This document shows, one piece after another, positions 56,278 to 64,000 of a DNA stretch of 64,000 nt. The stretch is from IMG/VR virus record IMGVR_UViG_3300046167_000801, one strand, 5' to 3'. Numbering within the stretch: the first letter of the stretch is position 1; each line of letters begins with the position of its first letter. The DNA comes from a virus (taxonomy: Duplodnaviria; Caudoviricetes). The notes beneath the pieces are model-generated. The model saw only the letters and a list, made by a program, of their open reading frames with translations, did no database searches and was not told the origin of the DNA. The translations under genes were made by a program, and so were the position numbers.

Positions 56278-56448
56278 ATGATAGAATTTTTTAGACATAT
56301 ATTTGGATTTTGTGGTGAACACTTTCACCCAAATGTATGGACCGCAATGGCATCGGCCCCGATCATTGCAACAACAGTACACTACATAAAATGTAAGTGT
56401 GGTGGTTGGTTCTTTCATAAGAAGAGTTGTGATGAGAAAAATAATTAA
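56278..56448 (+). CDS. Small His/Cys-rich protein (56 aa)
   Basis: Read by hand: MIEFFRHIFGFCGEHFHP.... Upstream TATTTAT. Confidence 0.55.
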   Translation: MIEFFRHIFGFCGEHFHPNVWTAMASAPIIATTVHYIKCKCGGWFFHKKSCDEKNN

Positions 56449-56644
56449 AATATCCCTGTTATTCTTATTGGTATTGAGTTTTACTTCTTGTGCATGTTAT
56501 CATTGTCCAAGAGTATACAAAGATCGTAGTGTCCCAACCGGCATACATGTACCCCTCAAAAAGAATACAAAACAAAACAAGTACGGACCAAAAAAACCGT
56601 ATTATGGTAAACCTGAAAAAAGAACCAGGTTAAGACCTTGGTAA
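56432..56644 (+). CDS. Small lipoprotein
   Basis: MRKIIKISLLFLLVLSFTS-C lipobox. Confidence 0.55.
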   Translation: MRKIIKISLLFLLVLSFTSCACYHCPRVYKDRSVPTGIHVPLKKNTKQNKYGPKKPYYGKPEKRTRLRPW

Positions 56645-56746
56645 TTACCTAAACTATTTAATCTTAGACCCCTAAAACTTGACTTTTCCGTTGTTTTTAG
56701 TTATATTTTTGTATACTTATATTAATACAATAATAATATCTAAAAA

Positions 56747-57016
56747 TTGAGAAATAAATTGTTCGACAACTTCGATACACCTTCCGAATTTTATAATTTT
56801 GATGATGAATTTAGACAAAGTTTAGACAACTCGTACGATATATTTACGGGTAGAAGGACTTATGTTGAAATCATTTGCAATTCTGAAAAACCTCACTTCT
56901 TTTTCTTTGAACCTACTGAGACACCTTCTAAAGAGGATATCGAGGATCTTATATACATATATGAAGACTATGAGGAATACGAAAGATGTGGAGAACTAAT
57001 GAATTTAATAAAATAG
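56747..57016 (+). CDS. Acidic protein with a UVR-like C-terminal motif
   Basis: YEDYEEYERCGEL. Confidence 0.55.
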   Translation: MRNKLFDNFDTPSEFYNFDDEFRQSLDNSYDIFTGRRTYVEIICNSEKPHFFFFEPTETPSKEDIEDLIYIYEDYEEYERCGELMNLIK

Positions 57017-57020
57017 TTAA

Positions 57021-57212
57021 TTGAAAGATAAGATAATAGATAAATTAGTTACTGGTATCCTAATCGTATTAGTTATTTTAATTGTTGGGGACTATATGAT
57101 CGCCTATAGCGAGAATAGACCAATAAACGAAAAAATAATTGATTTAATCCACATAACCATCGCAGGTTTAATTGGAATTATAGGTACTTATTATGGTATG
57201 AAAAACAAATAA
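57021..57212 (+). CDS. 2-TM small membrane protein (holin-like topology)
   Basis: Two TM segments, ending GLIGIIGTYYG. Confidence 0.55.
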   Translation: MKDKIIDKLVTGILIVLVILIVGDYMIAYSENRPINEKIIDLIHITIAGLIGIIGTYYGMKNK

Positions 57213-57213
57213 A

Positions 57214-57369
57214 ATGAGATCACAATTCCTACAAAAATTAATAGAAAAGTTTCCGAATGATTATCAGTTAGGTCAGGCAATTAGAAAGTATCACCGATTG
57301 AGGTCAGGGGGAAAAATAAAACCAGAATGTGAGAAGATTGTATTAAGATCAACCTTCGACGATAACTAA
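57214..57369 (+). CDS. Small protein (51 aa, FPNDYQLGQAIRK)
   Basis: Read by hand. Confidence 0.6.
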   Translation: MRSQFLQKLIEKFPNDYQLGQAIRKYHRLRSGGKIKPECEKIVLRSTFDDN

Positions 57370-57377
57370 GTAAAAAA

Positions 57378-57521
57378 ATGAGTCACGAACAACAAACTAA
57401 TGGAACTCCTCAACTACAAGGAGAAAGAAACTCTTTCAATCAGAAAGTAGGTTCTTATAGTATATTGGGTAGAACTAAGAAAGTTCTATGGTCTAATAGA
57501 CGTAGGTGGAGAAACATATAG
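57378..57521 (+). CDS. Small protein (47 aa)
   Basis: Read by hand: MSHEQQTNGTPQLQ...RRRWRNI. Confidence 0.55.
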   Translation: MSHEQQTNGTPQLQGERNSFNQKVGSYSILGRTKKVLWSNRRRWRNI

Positions 57522-57609
57522 AAATGTCAAATGTCTCCTTTACTAATAGAGGGACATGGTTAGTACTCTTGAGTACATAATATTAGGATTAAATACATTT
57601 AAATATAAT

Positions 57610-58401
57610 ATGGGAAATTGGTTTAAAAAGGCGGGAAAAACTATTAAAAAGTCTGCCGATAAGGCCGCAGATAAGGTTAAGGATACAACCAACACCGTTG
57701 CGAAAGAAACTACTAATGCGGCGAACACCGTTGCGAAAGAAACTACTAAGGTAGCTAACACAGTTGCCAAAACAACTACAAATATTTATACTGACTCTAA
57801 AAAGGCAGTGGTGAAAACAACTAACGTAGTTGCTAAAAACACTGAAGAGGCTGCGAAACAAGGATTGGATGTTGCATCTGATACTTGGAAGGAAGGAAGT
57901 TCACAAGTAATTGAGTTTTCAAAAGATGGGTTAGAGGCAATCGAGGACGCTGCGGAGGCGACAGTCGATTGGTTAGATGAGAATGCATGTTACATCGGAT
58001 TAAATATGGCATTAACAACAGGTTGTGTTGCGTACTTCACACCTAAACCGGCACCTGCAGATCCAGGTACTGTGACATCAACTACTATTAGTGCAACCAT
58101 GTTGGGTGCGATCGCGTCAGTTGGTCAGAAAGTTGCGATAATGGTGGTCTCCAAAGAGGTTGGTAAACTTTTGGCGGATGGTATATTTTTAATACCTGGT
58201 GTGAAAGGAAAATGTGATAAGGAATTATTGACAAGAGTTCTCACTAATGTGATTGCTAAGTCGAATCCTATATATACCACAGCCGCGTTATCAACACCAG
58301 CAGGGGTTGGTTTGTTTGTTGGGTCAGTAGTTTCACCGATAGTGGCAACACTAATTTGTGAGGGAGTGGTACCAAATGGGTTCTCTAAATTAGACGATTA
58401 A
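57610..58401 (+). CDS. Protein with N-terminal 11-mer amphipathic repeats and a hydrophobic C-terminal domain
   Basis: (T/A)NTVAK(E/T)TT repeats with 33-nt period. Gly/Ala-rich hydrophobic helices after residue ~130. Confidence 0.7.
   Translation: MGNWFKKAGKTIKKSADKAADKVKDTTNTVAKETTNAANTVAKETTKVANTVAKTTTNIYTDSKKAVVKTTNVVAKNTEEAAKQGLDVASDTWKEGSSQVIEFSKDGLEAIEDAAEATVDWLDENACYIGLNMALTTGCVAYFTPKPAPADPGTVTSTTISATMLGAIASVGQKVAIMVVSKEVGKLLADGIFLIPGVKGKCDKELLTRVLTNVIAKSNPIYTTAALSTPAGVGLFVGSVVSPIVATLICEGVVPNGFSKLDD
57691..57780 (+). repeat. 33-bp tandem repeat, 3 copies
   Basis: AACACCGTTGCGAAAGAAACTACTA is identical at 57691 and 57724, with a degenerate copy at 57757. Confidence 0.9.
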
Positions 58402-58430
58402 AAAAAAATATAAATATTTTTATTATTTTA

Positions 58431-58461
58431 TTGATTTAATAAAAAATGTTTTATATATTTG
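58431..58461 (+). promoter_or_regulatory. Bacteroidota-type promoter driving the non-coding region
   Basis: TTG-N20-TATATTTG. Confidence 0.8.
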
Positions 58462-58466
58462 TACCA

Positions 58467-58935
58467 ACAAAAGGGATAGGTTGAACAAAACGATACCGAT
58501 TGACCCCTAACGTTCTTTAAAATATTGAAAAGAGGCAGGATTAAGATTGATCATCAATATCCTGAGTGTATGGGAGAATAAATCTTTGTGAAAGGGGATT
58601 AATCCACACTGACAGTAGACACGTTCTACTATTTTTGCTGAGGTTCGCAAGACTGATGTAAAGATATCTTGACAAAGAAGAAGTGGTAGACATTACACAA
58701 GCTAAACAGCTTACTTTCAAACTCATTGTGAGACGGTCGAAAGATCAAACTCATCTTGTGACTGAATAACCCTTCTGTTCGGGGGTAAGGTAAACTATAA
58801 GGGGTTGTACCCGCATCGTAGGATTAACACTCCGAAAATGAATCAATGTAAAAATTGGTATAGTTGTATGAGTATAAAACACGACAGAATGATCTTCCTT
58901 GGATAGCATACCGAGGTATACATCCTCTTTTTTAT
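58467..58935 (+). ncRNA. Candidate large structured ncRNA (family unassigned)
   Basis: No + strand ORF between promoter and terminator. boxA-like CGTTCTTTAAAA at 58511, closing helix 58528-35/58924-31, and many hairpins including GNRA loops. Confidence 0.65.
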
Positions 58936-58938
58936 AAT

Positions 58939-58972
58939 AAACCCTTTTCCGGTAACGGTTAAGGGTTTTTTT
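58939..58972 (+). terminator. Intrinsic terminator
   Basis: AAACCCTT..CCG-GTAA-CGG..AAGGGTTT followed by a T-run. Confidence 0.85.
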
Positions 58973-59004
58973 ATGCAATAATATTAAAGAATTTCAATTA
59001 TAAT

Positions 59005-59035
59005 TTTGTATATCCTAAAAAATATACTATATTTG
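59005..59035 (+). promoter_or_regulatory. Bacteroidota-type promoter
   Basis: TTTG-N19-TATATTTG. Confidence 0.75.
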
Positions 59036-59049
59036 GTGAAATTAAAAGT

Positions 59050-59241
59050 ATGAAAATTTTTGCAGTAAAAAACGGTATAAGATATTTCAGAGAACGATTA
59101 GAGTCTACAGACAATAAAGACAGAAAGGTCTACTATAGAAACGAAATTTATAGGTTGGAAGAAAAACTGTATAATTTACAATTTAAAGAAGAAGAAAAAC
59201 ATTATGGTGAAATTATTCAGGAACGAGAAGGGTCAGATTAA
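59050..59241 (+). CDS. Hypothetical helical protein
   Basis: ORF directly after a promoter. Confidence 0.55.
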   Translation: MKIFAVKNGIRYFRERLESTDNKDRKVYYRNEIYRLEEKLYNLQFKEEEKHYGEIIQEREGSD

Positions 59242-59395
59242 ATTATTAGAAGGTCAGGTAGAACTTGTGGGTTCAGACGGTAAAAAGATACGACACCACC
59301 CAACTAAATTCTCAATATGTGGGTGCGGAAAAAGTAAAACAATATTATGTGATGGTTCACACAAACCAAAAGAAGATGAAAGTAAAGAAAATTGA
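59204..59395 (+). CDS. CDGSH-type iron-sulfur domain protein
   Basis: FSICGCGKSKTILCDGSH. Confidence 0.88.
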   Translation: MVKLFRNEKGQIKLLEGQVELVGSDGKKIRHHPTKFSICGCGKSKTILCDGSHKPKEDESKEN

Positions 59396-59657
59396 TACAC
59401 CATTAGAGGTTGTTTCCAAAGAAGTACAACGATGGATAGACAAAACAGAAGATGAGAACGCAAAGTTTCCTCTTCATGCGGTCTTAGAAATAATTAAAAC
59501 CTTATCTGTGGAAGAAGAAAAGTTTGCGGGTAAAATGTACGACTATGGTGCAAGTGGTCGATATGGATATACCACAGGTAGAAAGTTTTATAAATCTGAA
59601 TTTTTGGGTCATGGGAAAGAAGAAAACAACAAAATTGAAGAGTTGGGAGTTCGTTAA
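59376..59657 (+). CDS. Hypothetical protein
   Basis: Start moved to the internal ATG (MKVKKIDTP). Confidence 0.55.
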   Translation: MKVKKIDTPLEVVSKEVQRWIDKTEDENAKFPLHAVLEIIKTLSVEEEKFAGKMYDYGASGRYGYTTGRKFYKSEFLGHGKEENNKIEELGVR

Positions 59658-59796
59658 AGATAAAAAACACTCTTTAACGACATTAAGTGAATGGGATGAT
59701 CCCTCACAATTTTATTACCAATTTGATGGATATATGTACTATCCCGCAGTTTCTAAACATGATCTGGATATGTTGTATAGGTCCCCAAACACATGA
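59611..59796 (+). CDS. Hypothetical protein
   Basis: Start moved to the internal ATG (MGKKKTT). Confidence 0.5.
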   Translation: MGKKKTTKLKSWEFVKDKKHSLTTLSEWDDPSQFYYQFDGYMYYPAVSKHDLDMLYRSPNT

Positions 59797-60071
59797 CTTT
59801 ACATCATCAATTATTTTACTTAAGTTAAGGTAAGAATCTTAAATTGTATAAATTATGAATCACTGGTTAAATGAGGGGAGACAAATCCTTGATGAAAAAC
59901 AAATAGATCAATATAATAAAATAGAGAGAAGACCTACATTGGGTTGTTTGATCGTAGTTGGAGGGACGATCATGTTTTGGTCATTTGTTTATTGGGTTTA
60001 TCTATTATTCACCACATAATTTGATTTATTATAAAATTTTATTTATATTTTAATAACAACACCAAAGAGAG

Positions 60072-60395
60072 ATGAGAAAATGGTATAGAAATTTGGATTC
60101 CGTAGGTTTATTATTAACAATAATGTTATTGTTTTTCATTATAGTGTATTCGGGAATACAATTTAATCAGGGAGAACCTGAGATAGTTGTAAAAGAACGT
60201 CAGATCTTTAAAACCGACACAATTTATATAGAGCAACTAATAAACTTAGATAGGTTAGATAGTATAGAAGAGATATTATACTACGAAGTCATCGAGGACC
60301 AACTTTATCTATATACAAAGAAAGACTCTATTAGGGATGAGATTGAAAGATGGAACTACATAAGAAGTTTAGATCCTGAAGGGTGGGAACAATGA
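60072..60395 (+). CDS. Single-TM protein
   Basis: N-terminal TM segment. Confidence 0.6.
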   Translation: MRKWYRNLDSVGLLLTIMLLFFIIVYSGIQFNQGEPEIVVKERQIFKTDTIYIEQLINLDRLDSIEEILYYEVIEDQLYLYTKKDSIRDEIERWNYIRSLDPEGWEQ

Positions 60396-60505
60396 GTGAA
60401 AAGGTACCTTACGAACCAAAATGTAAGAAATGTGGTAAGATATTACCATTGGGTTTAGGTTTAACAGTAGTTTGTATAGAATGTATAATAAAAAGACCAA
60501 AATAA
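60392..60505 (+). CDS. CxxC...CxxC microprotein (37 aa)
   Basis: Read by hand: CKKCG...CIEC. ATGA overlap. Confidence 0.55.
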   Translation: MSEKVPYEPKCKKCGKILPLGLGLTVVCIECIIKRPK

Positions 60506-60679
60506 ATTAATGAACTATGGCAAAATTTAAATTCACAACAAAGAGCGGTACTCATGTTTCCGCATGTGAAACTAACACCGAAGAGAAAGCGTGGTTATGG
60601 ATCTCTAAAGTTAAAGACCTAACCCTAAAACAATCGAAAGATTTGTATAATATTAAAAAATTAGATTAAATAAAAACAA

Positions 60680-61054
60680 ATGAGTGAAAAAATTTACGTC
60701 CGTAAAGTAGAGACTTGGACAATCTCATCTGCAAGTACACCTATTGAGATTAACGTAGACGCATTAAGAAAGTGTGTACCACCATATGAAGGTGATTCAG
60801 AACAAGAATTGGTAAACTATCTACAAAACGAAGTGTGGAATGAATACGAATTCTATGAGAATGAAACTAATAAAGAAGTTTATGGTGAGGATGCCGTATA
60901 TGATTTATGTATGGAAGAAGCTTATGTTGAAAATGAGTTCTTCGATTCTCGTACTAAGGGATGTGATGAATCTATTCAAGTGGGTGTACCAAATGAGGAG
61001 TGGACAAAACAAGGTGGTTTCCAACCATTAGCATATGGAGAAAACGAATATTAA
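60680..61054 (+). CDS. Acidic hypothetical protein
   Basis: Long ORF in good start context. Confidence 0.6.
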   Translation: MSEKIYVRKVETWTISSASTPIEINVDALRKCVPPYEGDSEQELVNYLQNEVWNEYEFYENETNKEVYGEDAVYDLCMEEAYVENEFFDSRTKGCDESIQVGVPNEEWTKQGGFQPLAYGENEY

Positions 61055-61059
61055 TATAT

Positions 61060-61242
61060 ATGGACAAAGGACAATTATACCAACAGTTTCTATCTGAGTA
61101 CACCAGATTAGAAAATCAGATAGGTCAGATTAAAATGAACAAGTTTGAATTAAATGTGGAGGATCAAAAGAAGGTGGACCTATTAGAAAGAAAGAAAACC
61201 TACATTATGGGTAGAGTAGAAGAATTACAAAGAAATATTTAA
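61060..61242 (+). CDS. Small coiled-coil protein
   Basis: Start moved to the internal ATG. Confidence 0.55.
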   Translation: MDKGQLYQQFLSEYTRLENQIGQIKMNKFELNVEDQKKVDLLERKKTYIMGRVEELQRNI

Positions 61243-61262
61243 CTAATAACCCGTGGTAATCA

Positions 61263-62873
61263 ATGGAACTTGTACAGAAATTTAATCAAGTAACTAAACA
61301 ACAAAGTGGAGATAAGGGACAGGTTGGTGTAGAGGAGATCATTACGGATCAGGATGAGATCAAAAAATTATATGGAGATAAGAATTACCGTATAGTAAGC
61401 GAGACTTTAGAGAGAAAGTTAAGTATAAAAGATAATGTACTAATTCTCAAGAAGAGTCTCTTTATAAAAACACGTAGAGAGGGTAAACTATACTTCTCAA
61501 AGAAATTAGAAGTTAGGTATCTAAAAATAGACTTCAACACCGGTAATTTTCTAACTCTATATAGTTTCGGTGGGATTAAAAGGAAGAGACAACTAATCAT
61601 AAGAAGAAATTGTTTTGATAGGTTAGAACCGTTCTTTAATTTCGACAAGGGATACAGTGATTTTTGGGATTCAGGTGTATTCAAAAATATACCGTACGGT
61701 GATAGATTGTTTAGAATCCATAACGCAACCCTACAAAAACCAATTACCGATTTTCTAATGAGGAAATATTCATCCTCATGGTCAGGTAAAGATATTACGG
61801 GTCTATTCTCCCGTATTTTCATAGAAATAAAAGGAATAAAGGTACCAAATAATGATATTGACAGACTTATCACATGTTTTTATCCTACACAGAAATTCTT
61901 AAAGAAAAATAATAATAAGTTAGTCCAATCTGCATTGGATTATATGGGTATGAACGAAAGTTACACTGTAAAATTAGTTCACAAATACCCTGAATTGGAC
62001 TATAGGTTATTGAAAACTCTTCACCACATGTTAGGTGGATCAAAATATCTAAGTAATGTAGATCCAAGGTTTTTCACGGACATAAAAGATTTTGTGGATC
62101 AGGGGGTAATAGTAAGTGACCCCAATATAAATAAATTCAGTTTACGAGTATTGGCGGAAAACCTAAAACAACTACCCGAGTTGTCTAATAAGGAAAAGGG
62201 TAACTTAGTCAAAGTTATAAATGATGTGGTTGATAATGAAACTATGTCAAAAATTGGTTTACCGTGGCATATGTTTATGGATCACCTCAACATGATAGGA
62301 AAGATACGTCCTTATGATTCAAATGTGGGTTTACATTCAACAACATTCAGGACATTCAATATAGAACATACCGAACTTGCAAATCAAGTAAGTAAAATAG
62401 ATAAAGGATTCGTTATTTCATATAAGTTTAATCCTCAGATGGTTAAAGATATAGAAACACCTTTAGGTCTTAATGGTGAGTATGTACCATACATACTTAA
62501 AGATGAGTTTGAATACACTGAAGAGGGTAAGTATATGAAACATTGTGTGGGAACTTATTACGATAAGGACAAATCAATTATTGTCTCCCTAAGAAATAAA
62601 AGTGAGTTCACTGCCGGTGGAAGAAATGAAAGATGGACAATGGAATTTGACACAAGGAGTGGTTACCTGATTCAATGTAAGGGTAAACAAAATATCCAGG
62701 CACCACCACATATAATGGACATGGTAAAAAATGACCTTTTAAAGAAAACAATTACGTGGTCAAGTTCCAATAAGTTGAAGTCTATGAAGAAAGTGGTGAT
62801 TCCATTGAAAATAAACGGTAAGGAGATAGATGTATCAAATCGTATTATACATGATATGGATTTACCATTTTAA
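61263..62873 (+). CDS. PcfJ-like domain protein
   Basis: EYTEEGKYMKHCVGTY...SIIVSLR...RWTMEF...QCKGKQN. Confidence 0.78.
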   Translation: MELVQKFNQVTKQQSGDKGQVGVEEIITDQDEIKKLYGDKNYRIVSETLERKLSIKDNVLILKKSLFIKTRREGKLYFSKKLEVRYLKIDFNTGNFLTLYSFGGIKRKRQLIIRRNCFDRLEPFFNFDKGYSDFWDSGVFKNIPYGDRLFRIHNATLQKPITDFLMRKYSSSWSGKDITGLFSRIFIEIKGIKVPNNDIDRLITCFYPTQKFLKKNNNKLVQSALDYMGMNESYTVKLVHKYPELDYRLLKTLHHMLGGSKYLSNVDPRFFTDIKDFVDQGVIVSDPNINKFSLRVLAENLKQLPELSNKEKGNLVKVINDVVDNETMSKIGLPWHMFMDHLNMIGKIRPYDSNVGLHSTTFRTFNIEHTELANQVSKIDKGFVISYKFNPQMVKDIETPLGLNGEYVPYILKDEFEYTEEGKYMKHCVGTYYDKDKSIIVSLRNKSEFTAGGRNERWTMEFDTRSGYLIQCKGKQNIQAPPHIMDMVKNDLLKKTITWSSSNKLKSMKKVVIPLKINGKEIDVSNRIIHDMDLPF

Positions 62874-62882
62874 AATAATGAT

Positions 62883-63068
62883 ATGAGTAAAGATGAAATT
62901 AAAGATTTAGAGTTTGATGTGGACAGCATCGATTCTTTGGAGGTAATTAGAGTTACCGATAAAAGTGAGTACCAGCTCGTTTTCAAATTAGAAAAGGGGG
63001 AACACTACCAAGACATAGAGTTTGGTGTGGGTGAAGATGGTAAGTCACTAAGAATATTTGTTAAATAA
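62883..63068 (+). CDS. Small acidic protein
   Basis: ORF in operon context. Confidence 0.55.
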   Translation: MSKDEIKDLEFDVDSIDSLEVIRVTDKSEYQLVFKLEKGEHYQDIEFGVGEDGKSLRIFVK

Positions 63069-63069
63069 T

Positions 63070-63378
63070 ATGGGAAAAGTTAAAGATCATTTAAAAAAGT
63101 ACATAGGTTATTACTTCTTGGTAATGGCCGCTTGGTTAATTTACGAAGGAGAAGGATTAGGGTGGTTCCTTATATTGGTAACCTTCCTAAAGGCACCACC
63201 ATTTGACTGGATCGGTAGATTAGAGTCATGGGGTGGGGAACTATCTTATAAATGGGGGATGAAACTAAGAAGGTGGAAAGAACAACAGGTTAAACCGATC
63301 AGAATATTAGTCACGATAATCTGTATCATTATAATCATATTAATTTTTTGGTTCGCACCTGAATGTGAACTGTGTTAA
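63070..63378 (+). CDS. Small membrane protein
   Basis: Three hydrophobic segments, ending PECELC. Confidence 0.6.
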   Translation: MGKVKDHLKKYIGYYFLVMAAWLIYEGEGLGWFLILVTFLKAPPFDWIGRLESWGGELSYKWGMKLRRWKEQQVKPIRILVTIICIIIIILIFWFAPECELC

Positions 63379-63432
63379 TCCCCCGAAGGGGTCCGTTTCG
63401 GTCTGAGGCGGTCGTTCGGGTAAAACGAGGGA
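63379..63432 (+). other. GC-rich intergenic element of three adjacent hairpins
   Basis: CCCC/GGGG, CCGTTTC/GAGGCGG and TCGTT/AACGA stems in an otherwise AT-rich genome. Confidence 0.5.
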
Positions 63433-63439
63433 GTAAATT

Positions 63440-63694
63440 ATGATAAAAGACATATATACGTACGAAGAAAACATGCATCTTATGGATCATCTGATCAATG
63501 AGTTAATGATTGTAAGGACCACACAGGAAATCGAGGGGTTCGATAAGGCAATTATGATAACGTTCCTAACTATGTTCCCATCAGTATCTGAAAAGGGGGA
63601 TATTATAGAGAGAATGTTTAATGATTATTGTGATGACTATACGGTAAAAGAATGGTATGAGAGTCTATTCAAAGTAAAAATAACAAAGAGATGA
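63440..63694 (+). CDS. Hypothetical protein
   Basis: ORF in good start context. Confidence 0.55.
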   Translation: MIKDIYTYEENMHLMDHLINELMIVRTTQEIEGFDKAIMITFLTMFPSVSEKGDIIERMFNDYCDDYTVKEWYESLFKVKITKR

Positions 63695-63870
63695 TGAGTC
63701 AAAAAATGTTAATGGATAACATCAACAGAGATGATGTATGGGATAGTGCAAAACACGATTATGCCTCGATTCTATTAGAGACTTATGATTCAGAAGATAC
63801 AAGGAAGTTCCTATGGGATAAATTCAAAACCACGGGGGATTATTACTATTGTTCAATACTAAAAGGATAA
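63691..63870 (+). CDS. Hypothetical protein (59 aa)
   Basis: Read by hand. ATGA overlap. Confidence 0.5.
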   Translation: MMSQKMLMDNINRDDVWDSAKHDYASILLETYDSEDTRKFLWDKFKTTGDYYYCSILKG

Positions 63871-63873
63871 AAT

Positions 63874-64000
63874 ATGTTCGGATTATTCAAAAGGAAGAGT
63901 AAAAAAGAAAAGTTAAGAGAGAAGTATACGTCTTTACTAAAGGAGGCGTTTCATCTATCAAAGATAAACAGGTCTCAAAGTGATAAGAAGTATGCTGAAG
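63874..64000 (+). CDS. Lacal_2735-like small protein (3'-truncated)
   Basis: MFGLFKRKSKKEKLREKY..LLKEAFHLSK.NR..SDKKYAE matches this Flavobacteriaceae family pattern. Confidence 0.75.
   Translation, partial: MFGLFKRKSKKEKLREKYTSLLKEAFHLSKINRSQSDKKYAE

Noticed and set aside
56344-56369. Strong hairpin GCAATG-GC-ATCG-GCCC-CGAT-CATTGC
   Set aside because: Lies inside a plausible 56-aa ORF (56278-56448), so it is not called as a separate RNA.
58528-58931. RNase P RNA, tmRNA or group I intron identity for the structured RNA
   Set aside because: ACAGAA near the 3' end is faintly RNase P-like, but there is no GAGGAAAGUCC/P4 pair, no tRNA-like GGGG..CCA ends and no P7 R/S elements.
58541-58978. 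Two short minus-strand ORFs (61 and 75 aa) over the ncRNA candidate
   Set aside because: No motif or minus-strand promoter seen. The promoter, boxA-like element and terminator all point to + strand transcription.
63400-63430. Hammerhead ribozyme in the GC-rich element
   Set aside because: CTGAGG does not match CUGANGA, and there is no GAAA core in register.
1-64000. Alternative genetic code (stop-codon reassignment), as in some large Bacteroidota phages
   Set aside because: Genes are full-length and densely packed under the standard code, with TAA, TAG and TGA all used as true stops.
1-64000. tRNA or rRNA genes
   Set aside because: No GGTTCGA(A/G)TCC T-arm in a cloverleaf context and no rRNA signature was found by eye. 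tRNAscan-SE would be definitive.

Overview
AT-rich, densely coded, standard-code window from a large tailed bacteriophage (jumbo/huge type). The host is most likely Bacteroidota/Flavobacteriia: there are repeated TTG-N18-21-TAnnTTTG promoters, A/T-rich start contexts without obvious Shine-Dalgarno motifs, and Flavobacteria-type small genes (Hc1 histone-like, Lacal_2735-like, mgsA). No capsid, terminase, polymerase, rRNA, tRNA or CRISPR array was seen. Contents in order: a partial carbamoyltransferase and a glycosyltransferase-like gene; a 3443-aa repeat-built tail fibre; three paralogous beta-propeller-like proteins; a tightly coupled operon (two fibre-associated proteins, radical SAM/SPASM, U32 family, SAM methyltransferase); an OM barrel plus permease; a minus-strand glycosyltransferase cluster; a DNA methyltransferase; auxiliary genes (thyA, thioesterase, chorismate mutase, Smr, IscA, rfbC, mgsA, metK, CDGSH); three PcfJ-like proteins; and many small accessory ORFs. 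The three best novelty candidates are: (1) a circularly permuted ATP-grasp / Hint / 10-Cys peptide fusion at 38347-40395; (2) the tail-fibre-linked radical SAM + U32 + methyltransferase operon, with its cofactor-supply genes elsewhere in the window; (3) a ~400-500 nt structured non-coding RNA at 58467-58972 with its own promoter, boxA-like element and terminator. All family calls come from recognising motifs by eye; no database search was run.
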